From: Octopus bimaculoides
Taxonomy: Eukaryota
NCBI RefSeq assembly: GCF_001194135.2
Contig: NC_068991.1
Coordinates: forward strand, 46,389,147 to 46,453,146
Direction of reading: 5' to 3'
Length of the DNA stretch: 64,000 bases
The position numbers were made by a program, and so were the translations under genes. Under the pieces are notes generated by a model that did not search any database, was not told where the DNA came from, and saw only the letters and a list, made by a program, of their open reading frames with translations. Shown piece by piece: positions 62,610-64,000 of this stretch (position 1 is its first letter; each line of letters begins with the position of its first letter).

Positions 62610-63964
62610 ATAAGACTACCTATATTTGCTTATATGTATGCATGCGTGATATGTGTATGTACGTATGTTTGTCAATTCCCGATATTTTACATATGTACCG
62701 TTTCTTTTGCAGTTGTAGAACCCTATTTCTTTTTTGTCTTATCTCTCTCTCCATCACTACTATGATAATTACTAACATCGTCGTCGTCGTCGTAGTAGTA
62801 GTTGTCGTAGTAGTAGTAGTAGTAGATGTAGTAGTAAGTCACCTTCATCACTACTACAACCATTATCACCATCATTATCACCACACTACCACCACCATCA
62901 CCATCATCATCAACAACAACAACAACAAGGTCATTTTGTTGTCGAGTAGCGTGATTATCTCCGCTCGGTCTCTTACTCTCCGTCATTCACTTTCGTTACC
63001 TTACGAATTCTCTCTCATAATATTCTCCACCTATTCCATGCCGTACGTACATACATACTCACACACACACACGTACACACACATACACACACACAAACAC
63101 ACACACACACACACACGCACGCACCAACGAACGCACACCATCGTTACCTTCATCTTTAGCTCCACTCCTTCTCCAGCTCCTCTACATCATGTCGCCATCC
63201 ACATTTCAACCTTCCCATTCCCTCTACTTTCACTTTCACTCTAACATACACCCTCATTGTACAAAAGGAGCTCCCTGATTATACTTAATTTCAAGACCGC
63301 ATCATTTCCGGTAGCACTGTGGTTTATTAATAGATTAGCGTCGTTAGCAGGGTTATTTGTCTCCAGAGTCTTCCTTCCTATCCTTCTTTCTTTCTTCCTT
63401 TCCTTCTTTCTTTCTTTCTTTCCATCTTTCTTTTGCGACTTCCTCTTCTATTCTATTCTCTTCTGAACTTGATTACCGAGCAGGTTTACCCATACCTCAT
63501 AATTGCTTCTGATGTACCGTGTTTTGATCATTGTCTTCCAACAAACCCTCATTCCTTTAATGACCGAACCTCCCACCCTTCACCTATAGTCTTTCTTTGT
63601 TGTTCTTGTTGTTGATTGTCTCTTCCTTTCTTTTTTGTTCTTTTTTAATTCGGTTGCATGTGTGTCTTTTTTTATTATATACTTTTTCTTTCTTTGCCAT
63701 GCTTCTCTGTTGACTTTAATCTCGTAATCTCGCCTCTCCTAGAATCATTTTGTTTCTCTATACAGGGCATTCTTTGTCTATCTGCCTCGATTACCGTAAA
63801 AGATTAAGAGAATGGCGGAGAGAGAAGGAGAGAACTTTCTGTCTGATTCGCTTCTGAAATCGTTTTCCGTTCTTCCGTAATTCTTGCACCAAACCTTCAC
63901 TAATCTCCGTTTCTATGTTGGTTTCTCCCATGGTACCGCAATGTGCTGACACTCTAGCTCTCAC

Positions 63965-64000
<36 letters not shown>

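Overview
AT-rich, repeat-saturated eukaryotic genomic DNA from a gapped short-read assembly (about 20 N-runs, most bordered by microsatellites). The SINE repertoire and microsatellite load point to an octopus (inference; most likely Octopus bimaculoides). No intact protein-coding gene is visible. Nearly all long ORFs in the supplied track are microsatellite or N-gap artefacts. The window holds decayed mobile elements: three Tc1/mariner lineages (DD34D mariner, DD37D maT, DD41D rosa-like with about 90-bp TIRs), a Chapaev-type transposase remnant, at least six R4/Dong-type RLE LINE pieces in (TAA)n arrays, a rearranged HERO-type LINE, four Penelope-like fragments and dozens of tRNA-derived SINEs. 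Most notable: (1) hammerhead-ribozyme-like cassettes next to (TA)n arrays, including a three-copy family with a non-canonical CUGUNGA core; (2) a mariner split and half-inverted between inverted microsatellites; (3) SINEs with interchangeable head, middle and tail modules; (4) two phase-0 minus-strand candidate exons, one Cys-rich; (5) a promoter-like island and a CRE cluster. All calls are by-eye motif recognition; no database search was run.
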